A stretch of DNA of 64,000 nt from the NCBI GenBank assembly GCA_964016885.1, contig OZ024743.1, forward strand, positions 157,728,001 to 157,792,000, read 5' to 3'. Position 1 is the first letter of the stretch. Each line of letters begins with the position of its first letter. The notes under the pieces are model-generated. The model did not search any database. It was not told the origin of the DNA and was given only the letters and a program-made list of their open reading frames with translations. Positions 12,620 to 25,189 of this stretch are shown in pieces. This stretch comes from Eledone cirrhosa (taxonomy: Eukaryota). A program made the position numbers and the translations under genes.

Positions 12620-14939
12620 CTTCGCCAGCTCTAGCATTGGCTCTCTGCATTACGTCACTTCACACAATTCCCCCTGCGTCCAGAACGCGCCCTTATAATA
12701 TATGTCTGTATGACTGGCTGTCTGCATTACGTCACTTCCCAAAATTCCCTCTGCTTGCAGATTTTTCATTTACAGCCCACTGCCTCCGGTTTTTTTCCAC
12801 ACTTGCTCAAGACAAATCTCACACATTCCTCAAACAGTTGGTAAGTGCACACAACTTCTTCCTCACGTTTTAAGCCAGTGTGTTGCTTACTTACGTACCA
12901 CCAGACCCTTACTTCTTTGCCAGTCGTGGTTGTGGCAATACTAAGCTTAGCTAAGGCGGTTATATATTTCACACAACACTAAAAATGAAAGCCGGCAACT
13001 ATGTATTAGTCAGTCTCTTCTTCATACAGTGAGCAAAGAAAATCCAACTTTTAGTGGAGCGAGTGAAATAAAGTCGATCCTGCTGCGATTCAAAAATCAG
13101 GTTGCAGGTTATATATTTCACACAACGCTAAAAATTAAAGCCGGTAAAGAAAAACATCGCTATAATAGCTTCAGTTTTGACAGTGTTGCTTACATACGTG
13201 CCTTTACGAGAAAACTGAGGATGTCTGTCTGTGTCTGTGTGTGAGTTTGAATCCCTAAAACACGAGAAGCACCCAACCGACTGTTTTCAAACTTTACACA
13301 TGTAATACTTATGTTTCAGGGAGTGTTCTGAGCAAAAATAATTTGAAATTTTCATTAGGCAATTTAGCGATCTCTCTAGAATTCTTAGTCTTTCTCTTTT
13401 TAGATAGATACATACATATAACGTGGTGCCCTTATAGTATCTGTCTGTATGTCTGCCTGTCTGCATACGTCACTTCCCACACTGAAATGCGTTTTTTCTA
13501 CGGTTTAAAGTGAACCCTTCAGCTAAGAACCTTCCCCTTGACAATTGGTGTGGCAATGTAAGGTCGTTAAGTGGATTGTTGTTCGTTGGGTGCTCTAGAG
13601 TTGGCAGCTGGGAGAGTCTTCTTGCATTTGCACAAGGACGAGGTAGATTCGTTATCAACATTTCTTAAGGCAATCTGGTTGCCATTCATACGGCCTATTA
13701 CCTGAAATATGTTTTCCCTCGGCTTCAGAGATGGACCTTCCGCTTCACACTCGGCGCGTCAATGTATGGCTGTTAAACGGACCGCGAACGCATTCTGATT
13801 CATTCTAAAGGCTACCAGTGGAACCAACCGTAACACCCTCCTTCACATGTCAGAGAACGCAGTTCACAATTAAGAGCTACAAGTGAACGCTCACATGGCC
13901 CTTTTAAGGGCCACCACTTGAAATTGTTGATGGTTACCCCTCCTTACAGGGGTGTCAGTGAACGGCTTACACGGCCCTTTTAAGGGCCCTTAAAATAGCT
14001 GATGGTGGCTCTTTCGTTTAGGGCTTCCAGTGAACGCGCACACGCCTCGGGGCCCATTTTATTGCACCATTCCTCTTTAAATTTGTTAAATTATACCCAC
14101 AGTTTGGTAAACGTTTGTCCAGTTGTGTTTACTTACTAAGGTGTGGTGGACTCTTTCGAGAAGGATCCACATGCTGTCCTAGTGCACGTCATCCCTTGTT
14201 CAAGCATTGCAGACTTCCCTCTGACATAAGTGGTGACATCTGTCCTGCTGACTCATGCCACTTTATTAAAGTACAAAAGCACCAAGCCGATTTTCCCCAC
14301 GTGGAAGGAGAAGCATACTTAATACTAATTGCATCAGAGTATTTGGTTTATTTTCTTTACATATTGTCCAGACATGCAGTTTTTCCACGATTAGGTCTGT
14401 TGGCGGCCCGCGTTATGTTTCAGGGAGTGTTATGCACATAAAAAATTCAACTTTTTTATCCCTAGGGCCCGCATTAGGTGAAAAACTGCGTTTTTCAGCT
14501 TTTTAGGGGTATTTTAAGGCGTTACGTCTGACCTATTTCCTTGAAATTGTAACTATGTATTAGTCAGTCTCTTCATACCGTGAGCAAAGAAAATCCAACT
14601 TTTTTATGGCCTAGGGCCCGCATTAGGTGAAAAACTTCATTTTTTCAGCTTTTTAGGGCTTTTTTTAGGCGTTACGTCTAGCTGATTTTCCCGAAATTTC
14701 AATATATTTTATGCACATAAAAAAGATTCATTTTCTTGATGCCCTAGGGTCCGCATTAGGTGAAAAACTGCATTTTTCCTACTTCATCGAGGAAAATCTT
14801 AAAGATTATCCAGCCATCAGAGTATTCGGTTTATTTTCTTTACATATTGTCGAGGCATGCAGTTTTTCCACGATTAGGTCTGTTGGCGGCCCGCGTTCCA
14901 AAATACCTTATCCCGTGCAACGCCGGGTACTACTGATAG
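12620..14939 (+). mobile_element. Non-autonomous Helitron-like element with internal repeats
   Basis: 3' hairpin CCCGtgcaacgcCGGG (14912-14927) then ATAG|T (mutated CTAG); Helitron-like TGTCTGTCTGTG block at about 13220; many internal direct repeats; 5' boundary uncertain. Confidence 0.6.
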
Positions 14940-14972
14940 TAACTTATAACTTTACCATCACTATCATAATGA

Positions 14973-15185
14973 TTTCTAGTATAGACACAAGGCCAGTAAT
15001 TTGGGGGAGCAGAAAGTCGATTAAATTGACCCCAGTACGTTACTGGTGCTTTATTTAATCGACCCCGTGAGAATGAAAGGCAAAGTTAACCTCGGCGGGA
15101 TTTGAACTCAGAACGCAAAGGGCCGTAACTCTATGCTGCAAAGCATGGTGTCTAACACTCTAACGATTCTGCCAATCCACAGCGC
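14973..15185 (-). mobile_element. Full-length SINE (family A)
   Basis: Reverse-complement SINE; TSD TTACCATCACTATCATAATGA 14952-14972/15186-15206. Confidence 0.92.
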
Positions 15186-15579
15186 TTACCATCACTATCA
15201 TAATGACAACTATTATAATGATACAAGAAGCAAATAATTTTACATGATTGTTTGTGTGAATGGGTGTGGGGGTGCATATATGCATTGGGTTATGGTTAAG
15301 TAAGTAGTCGGGTGTACAAATATATTTTCTTTACGTTTAATAAAAAAAATGTTTTTATTTATTCGTATCTGATCTATGTGCGTGAGTTTGTGTGTGCGTG
15401 TGTGCGTGTGTGCGTGTGTGGGGGGGGTCCATGTGTGTGTGTGTGTCTAAAGATGGCGATTCCTTCTCCGTGCGGGAAGAGAGAATCGTGTGATAACAAT
15501 TATAGTGGCAACAACAATAACAATAATGATGATAATAATTCCTTTAGCAAGGAGCAGAATGTTACGTCTCTGAGGCGAG

Positions 15580-16660
15580 TATTTAGAGTCTATTAGGACG
15601 TGGCTTGTACTTTCGAATACACATTTTTTATTTATTTATTCGTATTTTATCTGTGGCATTATCTGGACAATGGTATAGTGGGAAAACGTGGAACTTAGGT
15701 GACTTGTTTGTTGCACATAAGTCTAAATGCTCACTAAGTGGTATATGCCTTGCGATGCGGTCTCGTAATTGTTGGCAGTCAGTTGTCATTTTGTTTCCGG
15801 GGGTGAGTTTGGTTTGCCCTAGATAATTTTCGTGACAGCTTTTACATTTAATGGCATATTTAAATTTTTTGACGAACAAGTAAAATGTTTTTTTAACAAA
15901 AAGTGTGTCCTCATTTAAATTTATACAGTCTGTGTATAAATGCAAATTCCGCAATTAGAGTGAATACACATTTTGACTGTTGGTGTTGGGTTTGTTGTTG
16001 GTAATTTGGCGCTGATAAGTTAAGCGAATTTGGTTGTCTTTTTATTTTGCATATTCTATGTTTTGAATGTTTTTTGTTTTTTGTGGGGTGGGGGTCTTGT
16101 ATCAATAGTGCGATGTTCTTGTGGATAATGTTGTATACCCCGGAATTCCTTGGATTGTGTGTTGAGATATGGGATAGAGTATTGGATGTGTCGGAGGTAG
16201 TGTTTGATTTCTTGAATATCTATTACATTGTCTATTTATAATGATGGTTGTTGCCTTTCGAGAATAATTTCTTTTAGTTCTTGGAGTCTTTTATTCCAAG
16301 TTTCATAATTTGAGATAATTGTACGGATTCTTCTTGCTAGGTTAAATGGAATATTTGTCTTCGTGTGTTTTGGATGGCTTGAGCTGAATAGTAAGCACTG
16401 TTTAGAATACGCTGATTTCTGGTGAATGTCAGTTCCAATATTTGTGCATTTTTATGATTAGAATGTCCGGGAATGGAAGTTGGCTTGGACAATATTCTAT
16501 TATGAATTGGATATTATTATTGATGCTCTTAATTAGGGTGTTCAATTCTTTGAGTTGGTCGAGTGTATGCATCCATTGACTAAGGTTGTCAAACAAGTAA
16601 CGTTTTCAGTTATCTAGTAAATGTTTGTGGAAATTCAGGTCATATTTTAATCTGGATTTA
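15580..16660 (-). mobile_element. 5'-truncated Penelope-like element (Neptune/Poseidon-type), RT thumb + GIY-YIG, decayed
   Basis: SSSHPKHTKTNIPFNLARR in the thumb; ORF 15628..15954 AIKCKSCHENYLGQT...IPLSEHLDLCA...FHVFPLY. Confidence 0.85.
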
Positions 16661-16836
16661 ATCATTATATATATATACATATGTTTTTATATATTTTTAT
16701 TTTAATATATTATTTTTCTTACCCCTCTTTGTATATTTTTTCTTATGTATATTTCCCGTTATTTTTCCAGCCTCACTTCCAATTTTTAAAAAATTTTAAA
16801 TCTAATTTCATATTTTCTTCCCATAACATCTGTCTG

Positions 16837-16889
16837 CTGACCGATCCAGACGCATATTATTATTGTCTGGAATCCAGAAACCTTTGGTA
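16837..16889 (+). ncRNA. Degenerate hammerhead-like motif, probably the inverted pLTR of the adjacent PLE
   Basis: CTGACCGA-TCCAGAC...GTCTGGA atcca GAAA-CC ttt GG-TA; extra bases in the core. Confidence 0.45.
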
Positions 16890-16975
16890 ATGGTGTAGTT
16901 ATATTTTGTGTTGTTCACTCTCTAATTAAATAGCTCTGTTCTATACATAGACCACTGCATTTTCTTCGGAATTAC

Positions 16976-17144
<169 letters not shown>

Positions 17145-17283
17145 TTTCCTATATATATATATATATAGGAAAATGTATGACTCCGACGGCAAAGCTATAT
17201 GTTGGTTGTTTACCGACACCTCAGTATGCAGATTGGAGCACTCGACGAGATACGTGGGTTGGTTTGTTTACTCCGGAGTAATG

Positions 17284-17661
17284 TAAAATAATTAAGTCAA
17301 ATATGTAAAATTTGGCTTCGTTTATTATAGATATACCGCTATATATATTTCGGTGACCTCTTCGGGCAGTCTAAATTAGTGTGGAAAAGACAGGTACATA
17401 TGTTGTTGAAGTGTGTGTTTTACTCCGTCAATACATCGATATGTCCAGCTCCTGGTTGTGTTGTTATTCCTCTGAGGAGCTGGGCATATCGATGTATTGA
17501 TGGAGTAAAACACACTTCAACAACATATGTACCTGTCTTTTCCACACCCATTCGGAATGCCTGAAGAGGTCACAGCCATTGATGGCTGTCACCGAAAAAT
17601 ATATAGCAGTATATCTATAATTTATAATAAACGAAGCAAAATTTTACATATTTGATTTAAT

Positions 17662-17668
<7 letters not shown>
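17284..17668. mobile_element. Fold-back PLE pLTR with hammerhead
   Basis: Inverted arms 17284-17453/17475-17668; TGC-CTGAAGA-GGTcACAGCCATtgATGGCTGTcACC-GAAA...TA-GCA at 17558-17608; ends in (TA)n. Confidence 0.8.
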
Positions 17669-17701
<33 letters not shown>

Positions 17702-18015
17702 CAAATATTTCCTATTTTATAAGTCATTTATAGCATCTCCACTCATACGCACACAACGTTTTATATTAACTTTATCTCTTCAGCCTTTCGTAAAAGTACG
17801 AGAGATCGGCTACGTATACACGGCACACACATACGCACACATATATAAATGGAAAGAATTGCTGGAAAATATTTTATAGACAAAACCAACCGGCAAGAGA
17901 CCTACGTGTTTTCCCCGAGCAAGATGGTTGGATATAATAAAATTATATAGAGGAGCCCAATGAAGAAAGAGAGAACCCTCAACAAGCCATCATTATTCAA
18001 ACAATTCAAACAAAA

Positions 18016-18200
18016 GGACGGTGGATTGGCAGTATCGGTACAGGGTCGGACGCCATGCTTTCCAGCATAGTTAAGTCCCTTTACGATCTGAGTTCAAATC
18101 CCGCCGAGGTTGATTTTTCCCTTCCTCCTTACGGGGTCGATAAAATAAAGTACCAGTAATGCACTGGGTAATTGCTGGCCTTGTTCCTAAAGTAGAAACA
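18016..18200 (+). mobile_element. SINE (family A)
   Basis: TSD ATTATTCAAACAATTC 17992-18007/18201-18216. Confidence 0.9.
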
Positions 18201-18263
18201 ATTATTCAAACAATTCGAAAAACTCAGGTTATATTTATTTTATTCAGCCATCAAAAGCGATAG

Positions 18264-18308
<45 letters not shown>

Positions 18309-18311
18309 ACC

Positions 18312-19416
18312 AATTAAACAAAGTTACAGGTATATATGTGTTTTGGCAACTTTTCACGATGTGGCTCAAGGAAGAATTAATAGATTAAATAATCAGAGCA
18401 AAATACTATAGAGTAAAGCATGTCCAGAGAATTATTTGATAATATATATATATATATACATCATCTCTACTTCCAATCACCATAATTAACCACACAAAAA
18501 ATCAATTAGACCAGACTATAAGATTAAAAGGCATCTATGAAGAAACAGTAAATAAATACGCCACTGCGACGTCTTCGCACACAACCGCTATAGAATATTT
18601 ATCCAACATTTCAACAGCACGTAGAAATTTATTAAATATACGGTCAACCATACATAATTAGGTAAAAATTAATGTTAGAAATGCTTATATACATACCAGG
18701 ATTAAATCACTAATCCCGACCCTTGGATTTCACTCACTTTTGAGATACCTTATTAAGGATAATACTCGAGTTTTAGAGCTCTTCAGAGGACAAACTCGCT
18801 AGGACATATTATTTTCCGAAGTGGTCCCCGCCAAACACGAATTCAAAATGGTTGAGAACTGTGACGTGGCAGTGGTCAAGTCAGGAAGGGTGTGATTGGT
18901 TGCTTACAGAGAGTGGGTTGGTTGCTAGAAAGCGCAGCCCAATATCGCCCAAATTTTATCTCAACCTTATGGGAGATTATTAAATATAAAATATAAATAT
19001 TTACACATACACGGAAAATAATATGTCCTAGCGAGTTTGTCTCCTGAAGAACTCTAAAACTCGAGTATTATCCTTAATAAGGTATCTCAAAAGTGAGCGA
19101 AAGCCAAGGGTCGGGATTTAGTGATTTAATCCTGGTATGTATATAAGCATTTCCAACATTAATTTTTACCTAATTATGTATGGTTGACCGTATATTTAAT
19201 TAATTTCCACGTGCTTTTGAAATGTTGGATAAATATTCTATAGCGGTTGTGTGCGAAGACGCCACAGTGGCGTATTTATTTACTGTTTCTTCATAGATGC
19301 CTTTTATTCTTATAGCCTGGTCTAAGTGATTTTTGTGTGTGGTTAATTATGCTGATAGAGAGATGATGTATATATATTATCAAATAATTCTCTGGACATG
19401 CTTTACTCTATAGTAT
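18312..19416 (-). mobile_element. Family B non-coding HHR element with inverted partial copy
   Basis: 18312-18990 colinear with 7390-8070; 19012-19416 is the reverse complement of 18404-18818; HHR motifs at 18712-18786 (-) and 19044-19118 (+). Confidence 0.8.
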
Positions 19417-19584
19417 ATATATATATATATAAGAGAAATAGTATTTCACTTCAAGCATAGCGTTATACAAATATGTATAGAAACTTCGTATTTCTAAAGA
19501 AACACGGTTATAGGAAGCAGTAGTTATGCAAACACCGGGGCTAATGCCCTCAAGTGGTGTCCTGCAGGAACAAGGGGGACAAAG

Positions 19585-19622
19585 GTCTATGCATTTCAGG
19601 CTTGACTGGCCTTCGTCAGGAC
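19585..19622 (-). ncRNA. Minimal type I hammerhead ribozyme
   Basis: GTC-CTGACGA-AGGC cagtcaa GCCT-GAAA-TGCA-TA-GAC; palindromic stem III ATGCAT. Confidence 0.85.
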
Positions 19623-19903
19623 GGTCCCTCAAACCGCATGCGACTGCTGAACTTGAAAACAGTCGAGAATATATAGTTTTATCGTCTGTGTAAATGAGGT
19701 GATTAATCTCATTTACATATGAAGCTGCATAAGTTGGCTCAAGTTATAATAGAAAAGAAATAGTATTTCGCTTCAAGCATAGCTTTATACAAATATGTAT
19801 AGAAATTTAGTATTTCTAAAGAAACACGGTTTTAGGAAGCCGTAGCTATGCAAACACCGGGCTAACGCCCTCTGGTGGTGTCCAGCAGAAGCAGAGGAAC
19901 AAC

Positions 19904-19943
19904 CGTCTATACATTTCAGGCTTGACTGGCCTTCGTCAGGACG
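19904..19943 (-). ncRNA. Minimal type I hammerhead ribozyme
   Basis: CGTC-CTGACGA-AGGC cagtcaa GCCT-GAAA-TGTA-TA-GACG. Confidence 0.85.
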
Positions 19944-19985
19944 TCCCTCCCACCGTTTGCGCCTGCTGGACTTGAAAACAATCGA

Positions 19986-20049
<64 letters not shown>

Positions 20050-20266
20050 ATAATAAATGTGAAGACTAAAATCTAAAGAGGGCTCGATAAGGATAAATAT
20101 ATATCAACTGTTATTATATAATAATTAACTCCGTACTGGCACCACCAACTACACAGACGAAGACGGGTGTGTTGCATTACGTTGAGTGCTCTCCATAATA
20201 TTACATCGAGGTTGACCATACGGAATGACCAGATGTATCCAGTGGTGAATCAACAAACCTAAATAA

Positions 20267-20915
<649 letters not shown>

Positions 20916-21097
20916 GTGTGTGTGTGTGTGTGTGCGTAATATCTTTAGTTCAACTTTCATCGTGGTATCGACATTGTTATTTTTCCTCTCGGGGTTGATA
21001 ATATATAAGTGCCAGTCAAGTAGTAACAATGATATAATCTACTGTTCTGTCCTTAAAATATCTTATCGTTATTATTGTCATTATATGATCACTGAAC

Positions 21098-21280
21098 GGT
21101 GGATTGGCAGTATCGGTAGAGGGTCGGACGCCATGCTTTCCAGCATAGTTACGTCCCTTTTCGATCTGAGTTCAAATCCCGCTGAGGTTGACTTTGCCTT
21201 TCATCCTTGCGGGGTCGATAAAATAAAGTACCAGTAATGTACTGGGTAATTGCTGGCCTTGTGCCAAAAAGGTAGAAACA
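21098..21280 (+). mobile_element. SINE (family A)
   Basis: TSD ATTATATGATCACTGAAC 21080-21097/21281-21298. Confidence 0.92.
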
Positions 21281-21765
21281 ATTATATGATCACTGAACAG
21301 TACAGTTTTCAATACACTTCTACCATTCATCTCGAAATAATATCTCATTATCCTCCCAGGCCTCCATTACGTTTAGATGAGATCAAAAGTTTAAAAACAC
21401 CTTTTCTTCCGGAAAAGTAATTATCGGAAAAGAAATTAACAATAGGAGATATCAATCGCCTTATCTAACAGAATGTGCGCGACTAGAAATCGCAATATAT
21501 ATTAGGCACATGGATATTTCCAGCTCAATAAATCATTACTAATTTCTTTTGGATACATAAAACACGGGAAATATCTTGCAACGTTATTTTAAACTTATAT
21601 CTGATAATCTAGAAATGTCATCAAAATTGTTTACATAACTTCTATTTTAAACTTCTCTCCCAGACATACGCATGATCTTCTCAAAATAGAACATGTAACA
21701 GAGACAAGCTGCACAAAATATTCTTACACACACACACACAGACACACACAGACACACACACACAC

Positions 21766-21848
<83 letters not shown>

Positions 21849-22020
21849 CACGCACACGCACGCACGCACACACATATATATATATATTATAAAGGGAAAT
21901 GGCAGGAGGCCAAATATGTTGAATTTCCTTAATTGTTTATTTCTGCAAACACTATGCACATTTTAATGGCCAGGTTACGTGAGAACCCTGTAACATCTTC
22001 AGGTGCAAATTGCGAAATTT

Positions 22021-22119
<99 letters not shown>

Positions 22120-23192
22120 ATAATAATAAAATTGAAGACTAAAATCCAAAGAGGGCTCGATAAGGAAAATATATATCAAATATATAAGAACCGTAGAGCA
22201 AATATTTATTAAAATAACAGATTAAACAAAGAATCGCTGCTTTCACCCTTAACGGGATCTTCTGAAACTAACAAAGTCAATCTGTAAACGCAGAACTGGA
22301 TATTTTAAAAAACGTTGCAACCGGAGGAAGACAGGAAGACGATACTTTGGTTCGTGGAAACGTTCGCTGGCAAAGAACGGGAAAAAACGAATAATACGTC
22401 ATTAATAGGAGCGGTAAAAAACAATTACGCGCAAAAACAGAACCATGTTTATGGTATAAAAGAGGTCGTAGACTAATGTTCTCTTAGGTGGTGCATAGAG
22501 ACGTTCACTGGCAATGAACGAATAAACGAAGATAATAAGTCATATGTGGAGCATGGAGAACAATAGCACGCAAAGACAAAACCACGTAAATAGTATAGCA
22601 GAAGTCGTAGACTAAAATTCTAACTAGGAGACCAAATGAATCTCCGCTACAGAGTTAAGAACAAAGTAAATAAATACAATACAGAAGTAATAGAAACAAA
22701 TAAATACATACACGCAAACAGATACGTACATACACAAGCATACGCACCTTACCATAGGTATACAAAACCACGCACATATAAATATGTGTGTGTGTGTATG
22801 CTTGTGTACAAATAAATAAATAATTATATAAACGTATATAAGTAAATAAATACGTATATAACAAGCGCACACACATACCTACAAATAAATACACGAATGT
22901 TCGGAGACGTAAGTCAACTAAAACAAGAAGTACACATATACACACACCCACCATACGTACGAACCTGCATACTCACGCAGACGCAAAACTCCCGTATACA
23001 CATAGCCAAACCCTAAATACCAGAATATGTAAAAATTATACGCCATAACAGTCAAATATACGTACGAGAAGGTATACATACCTTCACAAAACATACGGGT
23101 AATATATACTTACCTATGCAAATAAGTAAAGGAATAAACAAAACATATACTTAGCTCCCAAATCAACGTAAAATATCCACGTATAGATCGTG

Positions 23193-23843
23193 CTATCCGT
23201 TAGAGTATAACGTGGGGCTGTAATACAGGAAAGTTTTGTGCAATTTATGTTTACAGGCCGAAACTGCCTCAGATTTTTTGTTTAAGATGTGGTCTGTGGC
23301 GTAGAGTATTTCCAGGGCCTCAGCGGCGCAGAGGCCACATGGTCTTTTATTTCTGTAATACGATCTAGCCCTAGCTAGGATCTCCCTGTGTAACTTATAT
23401 TGGGTGTGGTTGTCTTTTAGACTCCAGATATAAGCTGAAAGTGACGTCATATTCCTTCTTAGAGGGTAACGAAAAGAATGGGTATGCGTGTAAAGACGCT
23501 GCTTGAAACTATTGGTGGTTAACCCTATGTAGGCCCTACGGGACGTGGGTGTTACAACCTTACATTTGTAGACAATGTTACTAGAGAGGCATTTCCCGGA
23601 TAGGGGGCAATCAGCCCGATTCCTACAATTACAGTTAGTACTAACTACAGGGTTGCACGTGTTCCTACGGCTAGGTAGTTTAGCTAAATTTGAAGCTGTG
23701 ATGTTATGTGCAAGGTTAGGAGTCGTAGAGTAAGACATTTTAATAGTATTTCTATTAAAAATTTTACTATATTTATGTGTAGGGGGAAAATGCTTCGTAA
23801 TAAGGAAAAGAAAGATCTTAGCTAATGGTGTGGCCACCTCCAT
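23193..23843 (-). CDS. PLE GIY-YIG endonuclease domain (open frame from an internal Met; RT missing)
   Basis: NCNCRNRADCPLSGKC, IVY...YIGLTTNSFKQR, CGLCAAE, LNKKSE...CKH; upstream ICWFNQPYN in frame. Confidence 0.85.
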   Translation of the reverse strand: MEVATPLAKIFLFLITKHFPPTHKYSKIFNRNTIKMSYSTTPNLAHNITASNLAKLPSRRNTCNPVVSTNCNCRNRADCPLSGKCLSSNIVYKCKVVTPTSRRAYIGLTTNSFKQRLYTHTHSFRYPLRRNMTSLSAYIWSLKDNHTQYKLHREILARARSYYRNKRPCGLCAAEALEILYATDHILNKKSEAVSACKHKLHKTFLYYSPTLYSNG

Positions 23844-24159
23844 ATTATATGGTTGGTTAAACCAACAAATGCGACGGGATCTATTTCTTCTAGGTCTATT
23901 TTCGTACTCTGTATATGCTACCTTATCGACAAATCCACCACCTAAGAGAACATTAGTCTACGACCTCTTTTATACCATAAACGTGGTTCTGTCTTTGCGC
24001 GTAATTGTTTTTCACCGCTCCTATTAATGACGTATTATTCGTTTTTTCCCGTTCTTTGCCAGCGAACGTTTCCACGAACCAAATTATCGTCTTCCTGTCT
24101 TCCTCCGGTTGCAACGTTTTTTGAAATATCCAGTTCTGCGTTTACAGATTGACTTTGTT

Positions 24160-24210
24160 AGTTTCAGAAGATCCCGTTAAGGGTGAAAGCAGCGATTCTT
24201 TGCTTAAACT
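24160..24210 (+). ncRNA. Hammerhead fold with A at core position 4
   Basis: AGTTT-CAGAAGA-TCCC gttaa GGGT-GAAA-GCA...TGC-TT-AAACT; all three stems present. Confidence 0.65.
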
Positions 24211-24221
24211 TTAATCTGTTA

Positions 24222-24278
<57 letters not shown>

Positions 24279-24280
<2 letters not shown>

Positions 24281-24482
24281 CGAAGGAGGTGTGGTAAGGA
24301 ACCAGATGGACCATAACGCACCAGAGTACTCAATAGTTAGGCTAGTAGAGTGGGGTAATAGAAAAATGTTTAACCCCGACGGCAGAGCTCAAGCCGTTTC
24401 CACAGCTATTTCTCGACTAAATTTAGTCCAGCCATAACCGTCGAAACGGCTTGAGCTCTGCCGTCGAGGTTAAACATTTTCT
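24279..24482 (-). mobile_element. Short PLE/retrozyme 3' end with fold-back palindrome (family C)
   Basis: Imperfect palindrome 24360-24482 centred on GACTAAA|TTTAGTC; homologous to 40943-41131. Confidence 0.8.
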
Positions 24483-24489
24483 GATATAA

Positions 24490-25033
24490 GATTGGGAATA
24501 CGGAAGATGATGTGGTTGAGAGGAAGAGCAAAGCCTGGGCGGCGTGCCACAGCTTGAGATCGGTGTGGAAGTCGGACCTTCGTAAAGACCTGAAGATCCG
24601 CCTCTTCGTTGCTGTAGTGGAGTCTGTGCTGCTGTACGGGTCTGAGACTTGGACACTGACCAAGAAACTCACTCAGATGGTGGATGGGTGCTACACGAGA
24701 ATGCTGAGGATGGCTCTGAACATTAATCAGTATACACTGAGGATGGAAAACTCAGAGCTGTATGGGAGCCTCCCAAAAGTCAGCTGAAAGGTGACAGAGA
24801 GGAGACTGAGGTTAGCTGGACATGCTCACCGATATCCAGAGTTGACATTGCACTCAGTGCTCCTGTGGGAGCCCCTACATTGACACACTGGAAGAGGAAG
24901 ACCAAGGTTGACGTATGTTGATGCCCTAAGGACAGACACTGGTCTGATGGAGACGCAGGACATGGCAGCGATAATGAAGGACAGAGACCGCTGGAGAGAA
25001 CTCGTCCATGGATCTCAGGAATTTTACCCGCCC
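24490..25033 (+). mobile_element. 5'-truncated RTE-clade LINE
   Basis: KIRLFVAVVESVLLYGSETWTLTK...DGCYTRMLRMALN...RRLRLAGH; ends at (TA)n. Confidence 0.9.
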
Positions 25034-25128
25034 TATATATATATATATATAAATTTCGCAATTTACACCTGAAGATGTCACCGGGTTCTTACAACCTCTA
25101 ACTAGATTACCTAAAACGATAACTTGTT

Positions 25129-25179
<51 letters not shown>

Positions 25180-25189
25180 GTGTATATAA

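Larger units (their letters stand above)
19434..19990 (-). mobile_element. Non-LTR retrozyme-like tandem, 320-nt monomer, about 1.7 copies
   Basis: Tandem repeat flanked by (TA)n, no ORF, one HHR per monomer 320 nt apart. Confidence 0.85.
22208..24229 (-). mobile_element. 5'-truncated Naiad-type PLE with inverted pLTR
   Basis: Inverted arms 22208-22493/23936-24229 enclosing a GIY-YIG ORF and long 3' UTR. Confidence 0.9.

Noticed and set aside
21955-25135. CTGAAGA-bearing stubs at 21955-22020 (-) and 25050-25135 (+)
   Set aside because: Related to each other but GAAA is absent; cannot support a ribozyme call.
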